A DNA stretch of 60,707 bases, filler included, from Gonapodya sp. JEL0774 (taxonomy: Eukaryota): assembly GCA_027604505.1 (NCBI GenBank). It is 11 parts of 11 records of this genome, joined end to end, with 100 filler letters (N's around TTAATTAATTAA, not from the genome) between each part and the next. Parts side by side here need not be neighbours in the genome. Positions count along the whole stretch, not along the records: positions 11,131 to 16,586 come from JADIIX010000719.1; positions 16,687 to 22,120 come from JADIIX010000720.1; positions 22,221 to 27,652 come from JADIIX010000721.1; 8 more parts are not named here. One strand, given 5' to 3'. A program made the position numbers and the translations under genes. Numbering within the stretch: position 1 is the first letter of the stretch; every line of letters starts with the position of its first letter. Positions 11,131-22,787 of the stretch are shown in pieces. The notes under the pieces are model-generated. The model worked only from the letters and a program-made list of their open reading frames with translations, made no database searches and had not been told where the DNA came from.

Positions 11131-14100
11131 TCAATTTGATTGTAGAATGGGACGATTTCCGCGAACGGTATATGACCGTTCCCGTCAGGGTCAAACCGTG
11201 ACCACGTTAGAGCGAGTTTCTCGATAAGGCTTTCAACCTAACCGTCGATAGAACTCGAATCAACACAATGTAAGTATCAATGCAAACCAGCAATTTACCT
11301 CCTCGATTTGATCAAAGTCGTCCAAAAATTCAGAGAACGAAGACATGGTGATGGCAACAAAACTTTGAGTTCACGGTGGAATGGCGATCAGAAACAACAG
11401 AAGCTCGGCAAGGGACGGAGAAAATATAGCACCTGTTGACAAGAATCCAATTCATTATCACTTGTAGCAACAGGAAGTAAAGTGGCGCCCAGGGAACTCC
11501 ACATGTACCGTCGGAGTAGGAGCAAAGGGGATAATCGGGATTATCTCCAGGTGAAAGCATGCAATCGTTCATAATACCAGGCCAGTTTTCACCTAACGAA
11601 GCCAATCAATTTGATCTCAGTCAAGGAGTCCGTCTAAGGTGCTGCAAATCCACGCTCGCTCACCTGTCGACAAAACATACACGAGGAGAAACGAATTGGC
11701 AAAGGTGCTGAAGGACACGTGGCCGCCCAAGTAATCGGTGGCTGGCTCGTTGATTGATCCAAAGAAATGGTTTCCAAGAACTGCGAAAACGAACACAACG
11801 AGGAACTGAATCGCAAGCACATTAACAAGCTGGATATCGATAACCGAATGATGATTAAGATTAGCAAGGGCAGCAGCGACGAGAATGGGTACATACTTGT
11901 GCGATGTTGAATGCAATGGCCATTGTCAGAGCTTTGAGAGCTTTAAAGTACCGCAGAATCTTGATTGTCCTCAGAACCCTGAACAGTCGTAAAACTGCAA
12001 TAAATTGATGAAAGTGATTCCAGTGTAAGAAGTGATATCTACCGACTCACTCGCCATTAGAGAGGCACCCGCTGGCCAAAAGTTTGCGGCGAGGTCGAGA
12101 ATCGCGAATATCACGATTGCAAAGTTCAGTCCATTCCAACCGTTACTGAAATATGGGCGAAATCCCAGAGCGTAGATAATGACAAAGCTCTCCAAAGTAT
12201 AGTAGAGGACAAAGATAACCTCCAGAGCATATCGAGTTTGCGCGAGCCATGTGGGTTCTCCGTAAAATACGGTTGCCATCCGAGCGACATCCAAGAGGAT
12301 CACAGTGAAAGTGGCCGTCTCCAATGTTTTTGATGACAAAACAAACTTTTGAACATTCGCGTGGAATTGACTGGTTGGTCGGACTGGTTGTCGAGTCGGC
12401 TGATGAACAAGAAGGATGTTCAGGAAAGAGATCGCTTGCTTCTGCCCATCACTCAAATGTTGAATGCCTTTGAGGATTTCCGTGTTTCGCCTGAGGTTAT
12501 CAAAAACGAGGCCTGCAGGTGTAATCATTACGGGTTTTTCTGTCACGATGGGTTATGCAACGTGGTCACGATTGATTACTTACCCGTTATGATAGAGAGG
12601 AACAACCTGGTGCGGGCCAGAAAAGGATCAATTCAAAGATCGCACTTACATCACAACGCATTGCGTACCAGTTCCCCAGGATTTCTGTGACCACCCAGAA
12701 CAGAGCATTGAACGGGTTGGTGTCCCGATGCGGCTGAACATCTATACCAGCATCATCCATGTACCTGTTTGCGTCATCGGGCCATCCTACGCACATTTCA
12801 AACTGAGCGCCGTCACAGAAAAATATGAAACCCTTCTGGAACACCGACAGTACCTTCCTGCATGGTAATAACGACAACTGACAACAAACTCTCGAAAAAA
12901 TTGTCGTACGACAGTCGGTACTTCTGCCACCGCCGAGGAGCTCCGACGGCCGTGGAAGGAACTGTATAGTTCCCAATGCAATCTGCCTTCCCACTGACGG
13001 TAACGTCGTTGCATTGCCAGCCTTGTAAAAGAATGAAGTTGGGCGGAACAGCGTTATTCACATGAATCCACCAGCATCGTTCTTACCAGTGCCCACATAC
13101 ACTGACAGACCAAGGATTGAGAAGATAAAAACAAACAAGGAATACGGTATTCCCGCACTGTAAAGAGCTGGTATCGTCTTCCATATCGCCAGCGTAACGA
13201 TTCGAAGGCCTTCATGCTATTTGAGGCAATGAAACTTAAGCGTGGATGTTGTACAAGAGACTCCATTCCGCTTACCATTTTCAATAGCCGTAGAACACGA
13301 ACAAGTCTCAGAATACGAATGACCTTGAGCTGTGCGGCAAAAGGGGCAAGACATATGATGGAAATTACAATGAGAAGTACGTCCACCCAGTTGAGCGGGT
13401 CTTTCAGATATGCGGTTGGACCAAAAACCAGACCTGGAATGCAAGAATAAATTTCTCCAGTTTAGTCGCATAACAGGGGACATTCCTTACCGTCAGCAAT
13501 CCCGGTCATAAAGAGCTCAAATGAAAATACTGGAATCATGAGATTGCAATGGTCAAAGGAAGTTGTTGTTCTGAACTCGCGCCCACTCACCAATGGCAAA
13601 AACTATATCGGTTACGTGCAAGACATGAGCCAAGCTGCTATTAGAGTCCAATTTCGGCTCATCCAATGCGAGTGTAACGCAAGATGCCACTATTATAGCA
13701 AGAAACGCAAACTGCCAGTACCGGTGGTGAACCATTCTTGCGACGGCCCTGCGCATAGGATTGATTTCCCAGTTGATGACTAAATCATGTACCCAGTATG
13801 GAATCCACCACGGTATGTCTTTCTCGACATTTGCTGCCATGACTGTTGTTGCAGTGGACATGATGCTGGACTGACTTGTATAAATGGATCCCATTGAGGT
13901 CATTCGATCGTATTGCGATGTGCTGTTCGCAATAAGAGGTTCCGATGCCTGGCTTCGTTCGCTTATAGTCTCCGCATCTTTGGGCACAATCTTCATGCCA
14001 CCTGCGTCTTCAGTTAGCACACCTGGGGTATTGCGGAGCGAGAGCTCGTCATCTCCTGATCTGAAACGAGCTCGGTAGTTTCCGTTAAAGTTTTCATCAA

Positions 14101-16586
14101 CGACAGCGATTCTTTCTGTTAGTGGTATCCCAGAATCCTGTTGTTCGATTTTGGGTCTCGTGAAGTCTTTCGTTGGGGATCCGAAAACAGTGCTCGCTTC
14201 CGGCGCAATTCGAGCCTCACGCGCCTTCGCAGCCTTACGAGAGGCTAGAAGTGTTTGCAATCGGTTCACCGCTTGGATGCCAAGAGCTGGAGCCTTTGCC
14301 TTTGCGCGCTTTTTCATTTCTGTTTGAGTTTGTTGCAGTGCATGAGCTCGCGACATACTTGAAACCAAAGCACTGCGCAATATCTTACCATCTGCAAGTT
14401 CATCTTGAAAGGCTGATATAATGATTCCGAGGAGCTAGAGGAAGGCATGGACACAGTTACCCTGAGCAACGGCAATGGTGAAGGGAAGCAGGGTCACAAA
14501 CCATTTGCGAAACAATGTAAGCACCGACAATGACGATCTAAAACAAGAGAATACGAATTTAAAGAGATATTGGAGGGGGTTTCAAGCGATAGATTGAGAC
14601 AACACGATCTCCCACCAGCACGCAAAACAGCGCAGCGCCTATTCCCTTCGCTCTCACAACGGATACTTCGATGTTGTTCCAGTTTTCAGTCGTGAACATA
14701 TCCACCACTGACAACATCGCCCAACCGAAAGAGTCGAAATGGTAGCGGGGTAAGCCGTCAGTGAAGTTCAGATAGTTGGAGAAAATTTGAATGCCCGTAA
14801 CACTGAATGTGATCATGAGAATAATCCACTTGAAAAGTGGGATCGATGAACCGAGATCATAGCTGCACAAAATCTATTCGAGGAGACTCACCAGAGCCAG
14901 CAAAGGTCTGAGCAGGGGCAAAGATCGACCCACAACTTTCATCAACCGTGTAAGCTCCGGCGAAAATTTGCCAATTCTCAGAATTCGAAAGGCCCTCAGA
15001 ACTCGTAGAGCCGAGAATCCATAGGAGCCCACAAGGACATACAGATCAAGCAGTCCGAAAACGGTGAAAACGAAATCCATGATGTTCCAAATTGACCGAA
15101 CATAGTTCCGGGGACCCTGATTGTAGCGCATTCAAACGTTGTAACCGGACGGGTACCCCTCAGAGACCCAAATGACTGAGAAACACCCACCACCCCGGTA
15201 ATTTTCGCAACCATTTCAACTGCAAATATCCATGTGCAAACTTGGTTAATAATAGATAGTGCGTTGGTCCACTGAGCCGTCGCATCCTTTTGAATAGTGC
15301 ACGGTTAATTGGGCAAGAGATCTTGCGGGCTCTCATCGTGTACACATCTCTCGCTCTTCTCACCTTGACCTGCGCCGCCAATTCGATCGCCGCGACAGTG
15401 GTCACCGCCAACATATATTTTTCTGCCCATGGATGGCAGACCAAGTGCGCCAAGAACTTCCTGAAGCGAATCCACATGTGTTGGGTTGTTTCAAGAGCGA
15501 GTGCGGACCCTCTGAGATTAGCTGCGGCTCCAATATTCAGTGCACTTGAAGATAATTTGGCATCAAAACGCTCCTCAAGCGAAGCGCCTGACATGCCCGA
15601 TTCAACACTAGCGATCGATTTCGTATCGTCGTCATCCTTGCCAACAGACGATCCTGCGTCGTCAGCACCACCAGCTCCAACAGCAATGGACGGCACCACA
15701 CGTTTATTGGCGAGCTTGTGCGATGCATCCCATTCCTCCGCCTTGGCTGCAATCGCAGACGACACGACCGACACTAACGAGCCCACCTACAAAATGGAAA
15801 TAGCTTGAGTACCACTTGTTCGTCAAAAGTACCCTTGAGATGATTATTCACAATGATTTGCAACCCACACACAACGACCGCCACAAAGTAAATGCACGCG
15901 AAACCATTCGTGGCGTCCATCGCATCAAACATAATAGTCGACCATCCCTCGGTCGTTAGCGTCTGGAAAATGCTCAAAAACGCTGCGGGGAGAGAGTCAA
16001 AGCTATATGGTTCGAATCATGTACAAGGGTGAGACAATAAATTACGAAATAGTCCGAACTGGAGTCGGAAGAACGTTCTCGCACCTGATGATCCCGTAAA
16101 CTGGGTTTTCAAATCCATCCGTACACGTTGATCCGAGTGGACACTGGAATCCCCATGCTGGGTCAATCGAGCACGGCTGCTCCGCCATCGAAACGAGCCC
16201 AGTAATATTATCTGCACAGCGTCGGCGGAGTTGGCCGGACCAAAGAGTCTGTGGAATGTCCAATGAAGGATTTCACATGAGTGCGAAGTGATGAATTGAC
16301 GGATGTCGAAAGAATGGATGCGGAACTCACAACACCAATAATGCCAAAAACCACGAAGAAATACACCGCCAGTACACCGACGTCACGAAGCAGCGGAAGT
16401 GCCGAGCCGAGACCTGAAAGGATTACCGGCATGTGGTTGAGCCCACTTTGTACGGTGGAATGATTAAAAGTGACGTGGATCGGCACTAACAACAGTACCC
16501 AACTTACGGAACAATGTGAACGTTTCGCAAAAGTAATAATGCTCTGAGACCAGTCAGGTCTACTGTCCCTGGCACCAAACTCGCAG
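11131..16586 (-). CDS. Four-domain voltage-gated Ca2+ channel alpha subunit (Cav/Cch1-NALCN superfamily), EEEE filter, truncated at both ends
   Basis: Pore loops DI FQTLTTEGW, DII DMFTTENW, DIII VITMQEG|W, DIV VLSTG|ENW; S4 segments ALRVLRAFRILRIGK (II), LKVIRILRLVRVLRLLK (III), LRLFRVLRTIKILRYFK (IV); post-IVS6 WSRFDPDGNGHI EF-hand-like motif. Confidence 0.92.
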
Positions 16587-16686
16587 NNNNNNNNNNNNNN
16601 NNNNNNNNNNNNNNNNNNNNNNNNNNNNNNTTAATTAATTAANNNNNNNNNNNNNNNNNNNNNNNNNNNNNNNNNNNNNNNNNNNN
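16587..16686. other. Artificial contig-joining spacer
   Basis: N44-TTAATTAATTAA-N44. Confidence 0.98.
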
Positions 16687-19600
16687 ATTCATGTCGACAG
16701 TGGTAGCGCGGGGTCGTGGAAAGGGTATTGTCGTGCGGACAGGGCAACATACTGAGGTGAGTTCCCTCTAATTTTGTATTTCGTCCATGAATGCGTGTCG
16801 CCGTCGTGCCTAATTGGGACGAACTGTATCGCCTTGGTCTTCAGATTGGGAAAATTTCCTCCGCCATCACTGCCAGTCCTGTTGTGAAGACACCCATCCA
16901 AAAACGACTGGACACTCTTGGCAAAATCCTTGTGGTGCTTGCACTCGTTTTGTGCGCTCTTGTGGTCGTCATTGGTGTGTTTAGCTTCGATGGTTCCTTC
17001 GCCGTCAACATGACACATTAGGTACTGAATCGACTGTTCCTGTTTTGTGCGACGTGTCCTGCAAAAGGCCTGGCCTGGAGGCGCCCAGCTCTTGACATGG
17101 TTGAAGTAGGTATCTCCTTGGGAGTCTCGGTGGTTCCCGAGGGTTTAGTCGCTGTTGTCACGCTGACGATGGCTCTCGGTGTCCGGAGAATGGCATCCAA
17201 GAACGCTATTGTGAGGAAGCTGCCGTCGGTGGAGGTGAGTATTGTTCAAAGACTGGAAAGGCAGTACTACTTCATTCTGACACTTGGCTCATCGAACGAA
17301 TGTGCTGATTCTAATGTAGACATTGGGTTCTGTGACCGTTATTTGCTCCGACAAGACTGGGAGTAGGTGACGCAGGTCTTGCGTTTGACTGTCGGTACCC
17401 GCCATAACGTCAATTTGGGCCGCAGCGTTGACTGAAGGTCGAATGGGTGCTGCGAGTGTCTGGACGACAAATGATGTCAGCTATAGTTTCTCCAAGTCGG
17501 CGGATATCGATCCCTCTCACGGGGGTGTGAGCGTCGTTACTGGAAAGGTTCGACGAGACTCGATGTTTTTTGGGTTTCCTCCATTTATTCGTCGATTCTA
17601 GGTCTCGGCGGTCCCCGATTACCCTAACGGCTCAAATGATCAAGCGACTTTTGGAGTCAAGGATCACGGCCTGGATCTGGATCCTTTACCAACAAGCCTA
17701 GCCCAAAAAGAACTTCCAAAGTCAATCGCATTGGCTCCTGCCCATCTCGTTCTTGCGTCTTCTGTTTGCTCCATGTGTAATAACTCATCGGTGACAGCAC
17801 ATGAAGGCGGGGGCTTAAAGGCGACCGGAGACCCAACGGAGGTGAGCTCCCCACGTTCGTCCCCAAATTTGTGAATGCTTCCCTTTAACGTGGGCATTCA
17901 GATTGCGTTGTTGGTGGCTGCTGCTAGGGCAGGGTTCTCCAGGGAGTACTTCTTGGAAAGCTTTGAAAAGCTGGGCGAGAACGCTTTTGATAGCGATCGC
18001 AAGCTCATGAGTGTGATCTACAGAAGCAGAACAGTAGATGGACGCGCTGTCGACCCCTACTCTTTCATTGTTGCCAAAGGAGCACCAGAGAGCCTTCTCT
18101 CCCGATGCATGTCTTTCGTTCGACCGTCTCTCGATTCAAGCGACAGGAACTCTTGTACATCTTTTATCCGCACTTCTGTTGAAAATCCTTTACCTCTCAA
18201 TGAAGAATTCGAGAACTTCGTCTCCGACAAGAGCAACGAACTTGCAGGTCATGGGCTTCGGGTACTTGGCCTTGCCGTTCGCATTGTCTCGGCGGATGAA
18301 GGTTTGCTCATTGCGAAGAGCGGGAAGCCGGGTATTGCTGAGAACAATCTCACCTTTGTCGGACTTATCGGGCTGATTGACCCACCGAAGTAAGTTTTCT
18401 TTGGGCACCGTTCCTGGAAAGAACTGAGCACCCCCCATCCCCCCACCCCCGAACCCCCTCCAAACGATACATATATAAATATGAAACTCTCAGGCCTGGC
18501 GTTCGAGAAGCAGTTAAAGAGTGCCAAACAGCTGGTATCAAAGTTGTTATGATTACTGGCGACCACATTGCCACTGCAGTACGTGTTCTGGTGTCTCTGG
18601 ATGGTGCATTCCCCCGTTGATTCTACAGAACTGTGCAGTCAGCGATAGCGAGGCAGCTTGGAATCTTGGATCCATCAAATCCTGTTCAAGTAAGTGTTGC
18701 TGAGTTGACTTTAGGTGCTGGGGCTCAAATTTGCCCCGTAGAACCGTGCAATGCGAGGGGAAGAACTGGATCTCCTTTCTGAGGACGCTTTAGCGGAGCT
18801 CCGCCCGTTCCCCAACGTGTTTGCACGCGTGAGCCCAGAAAATAAGCTGAACATTGTCAAAGCACTCCAGTCGAAGCATCAATTCGTCAGCATGACTGGG
18901 GACGGCGTGAATGGTGGGGATTTTGATCAAAGTTTTGGAGCTTGTCTATCTGTTTTGAGACTGATTTTGCATTGTCCTACAGATGCGCCGGCGATTAAGC
19001 GCGCTGATGTGGTAAGCAAAAACTCTTGTCATTGCGCACGCACCGCTTGGAGATTAACTTGAGTTCAAAAAGGGTATCGCAATGGGCAAAGCAGGCACTG
19101 AAATAACAAAACAAGCGGCGGATATAGTTCTGGCAGATGACGACTTCGTGACGATTGTCGCTGCGGTAAAGGAAGGTCGACGAGTATTTGACAACATCCT
19201 GAAGTTCCTCATCTACCTGTGGGTCACTATCTGATGGTGCATTACCGCGTACTTTCCGCCTAAACAGTCGTTTTGCGTTTCACGATAAGGTTGTCTTGTA
19301 ACTCAGCAGAAATCATACTTTTTCTTGTCTGCGCAGCGATCAACGTTGATTTGGTAGGACAGGCGTCGTTGCCGTGGCTTCTGTAATACTGATGTGCTCA
19401 TAAATGCAGCCATTTACGACGATGATGATTCTTTACGCTAACATTATTGCGGATGTGCCACCATCAATTGCGCTCGGTTTGGAACCAGAAGAGCCGAACC
19501 TCATGCACCGGCCACCACGACCACCACAGCAGGGAGTGCTTACATGGCCACTCATCGTAACCGTTTTCTTTCAAGCAATTGTAATGTCCAGTTTGACTTT

Positions 19601-20199
19601 GACTGGATATCTCCTGGCCCTGAAAGGTGTTATTGGAGGCTTTCCAACGGTTGGAGAGGCACAAAGCATGGCATTTCTAGTTTTGACGATGATGCAGATT
19701 TTCCAGTCTTTTCTGAGTAAAAGCACCACAGAAAGCATCCTGAAGGTGGATTTCACTGGAAACGCGAACCTAATCCTCGCCTTTCTTGTTTCGTTTGGCT
19801 TCTTGATGCTCGGAGTGTATCTCACGCGTGAGTAGCTATTTGGTGATGTTTCCATCAATTTCACCTGTTAAGTACCTGTTTACCTCATATTGATAAGCAT
19901 TTGCTCGCATCTTTGAGTGAGTTGCCTCTCGTACGAATCATGTCGAATTGTTAGTTACTGCTCATGACTGTCCTGGGATACGTTTGGCAGCTTGGTTTCG
20001 GTGGGCTGGCAAGGATGGGTGGTAGCCGTGATCTGCATGTCAGTGCAGATTCTTGTTGTTGAGGCTTTCAAGCTTGGAATGGTGCGTGTCGAAAGGAACA
20101 TTTGACGAGATTTCACTCTGATAACGAATCCACTTCGTGCTGTATATCCAGAGGACGTATACTGTGGGGAAACAGGCAAAGATGGGTCAGATGTTTTGA
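16687..20199 (+). CDS. P2-type cation-transporting ATPase (Ca2+/Na+ type), 5'-truncated
   Basis: VVPEGL (M4), ICSDKTG|TLTEG phosphorylation site, [43 protein letters not shown]6 [17 protein letters not shown]. Last exon is tentative (stop 20197-20199; alternative near 20105). Confidence 0.92.
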
Positions 20200-20440
20200 G
20201 GAGATTATTATCTTGAGACTTTCAAAGAGCAATGCCGCGTAACCCAGCATATCACCGTGTATTGAATGACAGTTCGTAGTTTATTATCGCAACTAAATTC
20301 AAATGTAGCTTCGCGAATCCAGGAATGAAGAACAGCGTTCCAGTCAAAGGAAAATGAAAGTTCGGTGTTTCCATTAGCAGATCGATCGTCCACAGTTGTG
20401 AGCCTGTCACCAACACCACGGTCCCCTGCTCATCAGTAAT

Positions 20441-22120
20441 ATGCCAAGCAGCCTCTATAGCGATGGACTGGGTAGTGCTGCGAGTGGAATCGCGTCAGTT
20501 TCTCAGGGCAGCATCTCTGCTGCGAGCGCGGCTGTCTCGCAAGTTTCTCGTTCAGCGTCTGGCGACAGTTTAGCGAGTCGTTCGAGTGCAGCTAGCGCTG
20601 CGAGCGCTGCGAGCGCTTCAAGTGCTAGTGACCCGTTAGTGGCTTCTTGAAAACAACTCTAGTTTACCGCTGACTCACGTCTCTCGTGCCAGAAAACTGT
20701 TAAGAATCCTGGAATCCGCCTCTCTTCAACGAAGAGCGCTGTATCACGTTGTCACCTCCAGAGCGTTCACAAACGGTATTCTAGCTGTTATTGTCGTGAA
20801 CACGATTGTCCTCGCCCTCCAAACTGTTGAGGCTGTCAATCGCTCTGCAGGTATTCAAGAACATTGTGTTACCTCACTGCACCACAGAAGTGACTGACTT
20901 TCCCCTGTGTCCACGAAAGGATGGTACTTCACAGTTCTCGATCAAATTTTTCTTGGTATATACATCATGGAGAGCGTAGTTAAAATTTTTGTTTGGCGAT
21001 CATTATTCTTCAAGTCGTCCTGGAATGTTTTTGGTGAGAAGGGTGGTTGTTCTTGAAGTGCCTCTCTGCTCTTAGTGTTTGAATACTAAACGATCTCTTA
21101 ACATTTGTGGTAACCAGATCTGTTTATTGTTTTCACCAGCATTGTCACATGGGTTTTGCCAGTGGTTTTGGCCAGTACCGCTGGTTTTGATGCCAAAATA
21201 TTTCAGCTACTTCGTCTCTTCAGAACCTTTCGGGCTATCAGGTCCCTTCGAGCACTGCGGGCAATCAGCTTTCTGAAAAGCTTACAAGTAATTGTTACAA
21301 CCCTTCTCAAATCAATCCCAGCTATGGCAAATATCATTGTACTTGCACTCTTGGTGCTCTGTGAGTGATGACACCTCAACATTGCTGGTTGTCCCTATCA
21401 TGTGAACCTATGCCACTGTGCAATTTATATGGTATTAGATATATTTTGTGTGATTGGGAGATCATTGTTCGGTGCTGTTGATCCTCGAAGATTTGGCTCC
21501 CTGTCCACATCATTTTTCAGGCTCTTTCAACTCATGACACTTGACAATTGGAGTCTCATGTACACTGACAATCGTGACGAAGGTATGGTATCATTTGGAC
21601 ACACTTTCTCCAGAATTGATAACTTTCTTTGGTTCTAGCCCCCGAAATATGGTTCTTTCTGGTTTCATTCATCATTCTTGAAACATTCATCTTCATAAAG
21701 TGAGAATATCATATATCTGTGCATTGTCTCGAAACAGTAGTAAACAGGTTCATTGCATTAAAGCCTCTTTGTTGCTGTGATAGTCAACAATCTCCAGTCC
21801 TCAAAGGAACGTGATATCAAAATGCAAAAGAGGAGGCACAAGAAATCAAAACCTGTATGTGTCCATTTTCTTTCAATTCAAACTTTGTGCATCAATAAAG
21901 CTTGCATTCAAACTACCAGAGACAGCAAGGAGAGTTTGTAGAGGGGGATTATAACCAGGAGTTGGGTCAGCCAAACAGCAGAAATAATTCTGCTCAGTTT
22001 GATAACCTGTTTACTCAAATGGGTGACGCTGAGCAGCTTCCAGAAGAAATGGGTCTAGAGTCATACTACCCAACCAATTTGCCTGCTAGGTGAGAAAAAA
22101 TTGCCCATTTTGTATAAGTT
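20441..22120 (+). CDS. CATSPER1: CatSper alpha subunit, most like CatSper1 (single-domain 6TM Ca2+ channel), 3'-truncated
   Basis: Spliced: ..FTNGILAVIVVNTIVLALQT..GWYFTVLDQIFLGIYIMESVVKIFVW..FKSSWNVF|DLFIV..LLRLFRTFRAIRSLRALRAISFLKSLQVIV..DPRRFGSLSTSFFRLFQLMTLDNWSLMY..ETFIFIN|LFVAVIVNNLQ then a basic coiled tail; Asp filter codon at 21543-21545. Confidence 0.82.
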
Positions 22121-22220
22121 NNNNNNNNNNNNNNNNNNNNNNNNNNNNNNNNNNNNNNNNNNNNTTAATTAATTAANNNNNNNNNNNNNNNNNNNNNNNN
22201 NNNNNNNNNNNNNNNNNNNN
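22121..22220. other. Artificial contig-joining spacer
   Basis: N44-TTAATTAATTAA-N44. Confidence 0.98.
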
Positions 22221-22558
22221 ATTCCATGCGTTTGGGCATGGCGAACGAGCACGTCGTCGGGAACCACCGGCAACGCGACCGCAACTGGTTTGATGAATGC
22301 CCTTGGTGAGCTTACGGGTTGCCACACTTCGCTTCAGGTTCGTAGCTTCAATATTGTCTGTCCAACGATTTTCTAGGAAACATCGGCGGTGCAGTGGGAC
22401 CATTTGTCTTCCGTTCAGACTGGGCACCTCGCTACATCCCGGGCTTCAGCATCATGGCTTGTCTTTCCTTCACTTGTCTCATGCTCATCCTTATCGAAGA
22501 CACGTGGGCCAAGCGGATCAAGGCGCGAAAGGAGGCTGAAGAGCAGACCAAAGCCTAA
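22221..22558 (+). CDS. MFS transporter (ACS/allantoate-nicotinate permease family), 3' end only
   Basis: WAWRTSTSSGTTGNATATGLMNALG|NIGGAVGPFVFRSDWAPRYIPGFSIM...EQTKA* (TAA 22556-22558); absent from the ORF track. Confidence 0.8.
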
Positions 22559-22787
22559 TTAATCTTCATTGTAAAGGTAGCTCGATGCTGTGCCTGCACG
22601 TGGCAAGGTTATTGCTGCTCGAATATTGTACATGTTTTTGGCATTGCTTATGATGATACTACAATTCTCACAATTGAGGCGAATATCAGCGTGTCTGGAC
22701 GGAAGCCTGATGAAGCAAATTGAACCTATACCGCAAAGCGGTGGTCGCGCTCGACCACTGTGTTTAAAGCTCCCAGTCCCCACCCGT

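Noticed and set aside
11131..22120. Physical ion-channel gene cluster (4-domain channel, ATPase, CatSper)
   Set aside because: The 4-domain channel is separated by an artificial spacer; only the ATPase and CatSper are really linked.
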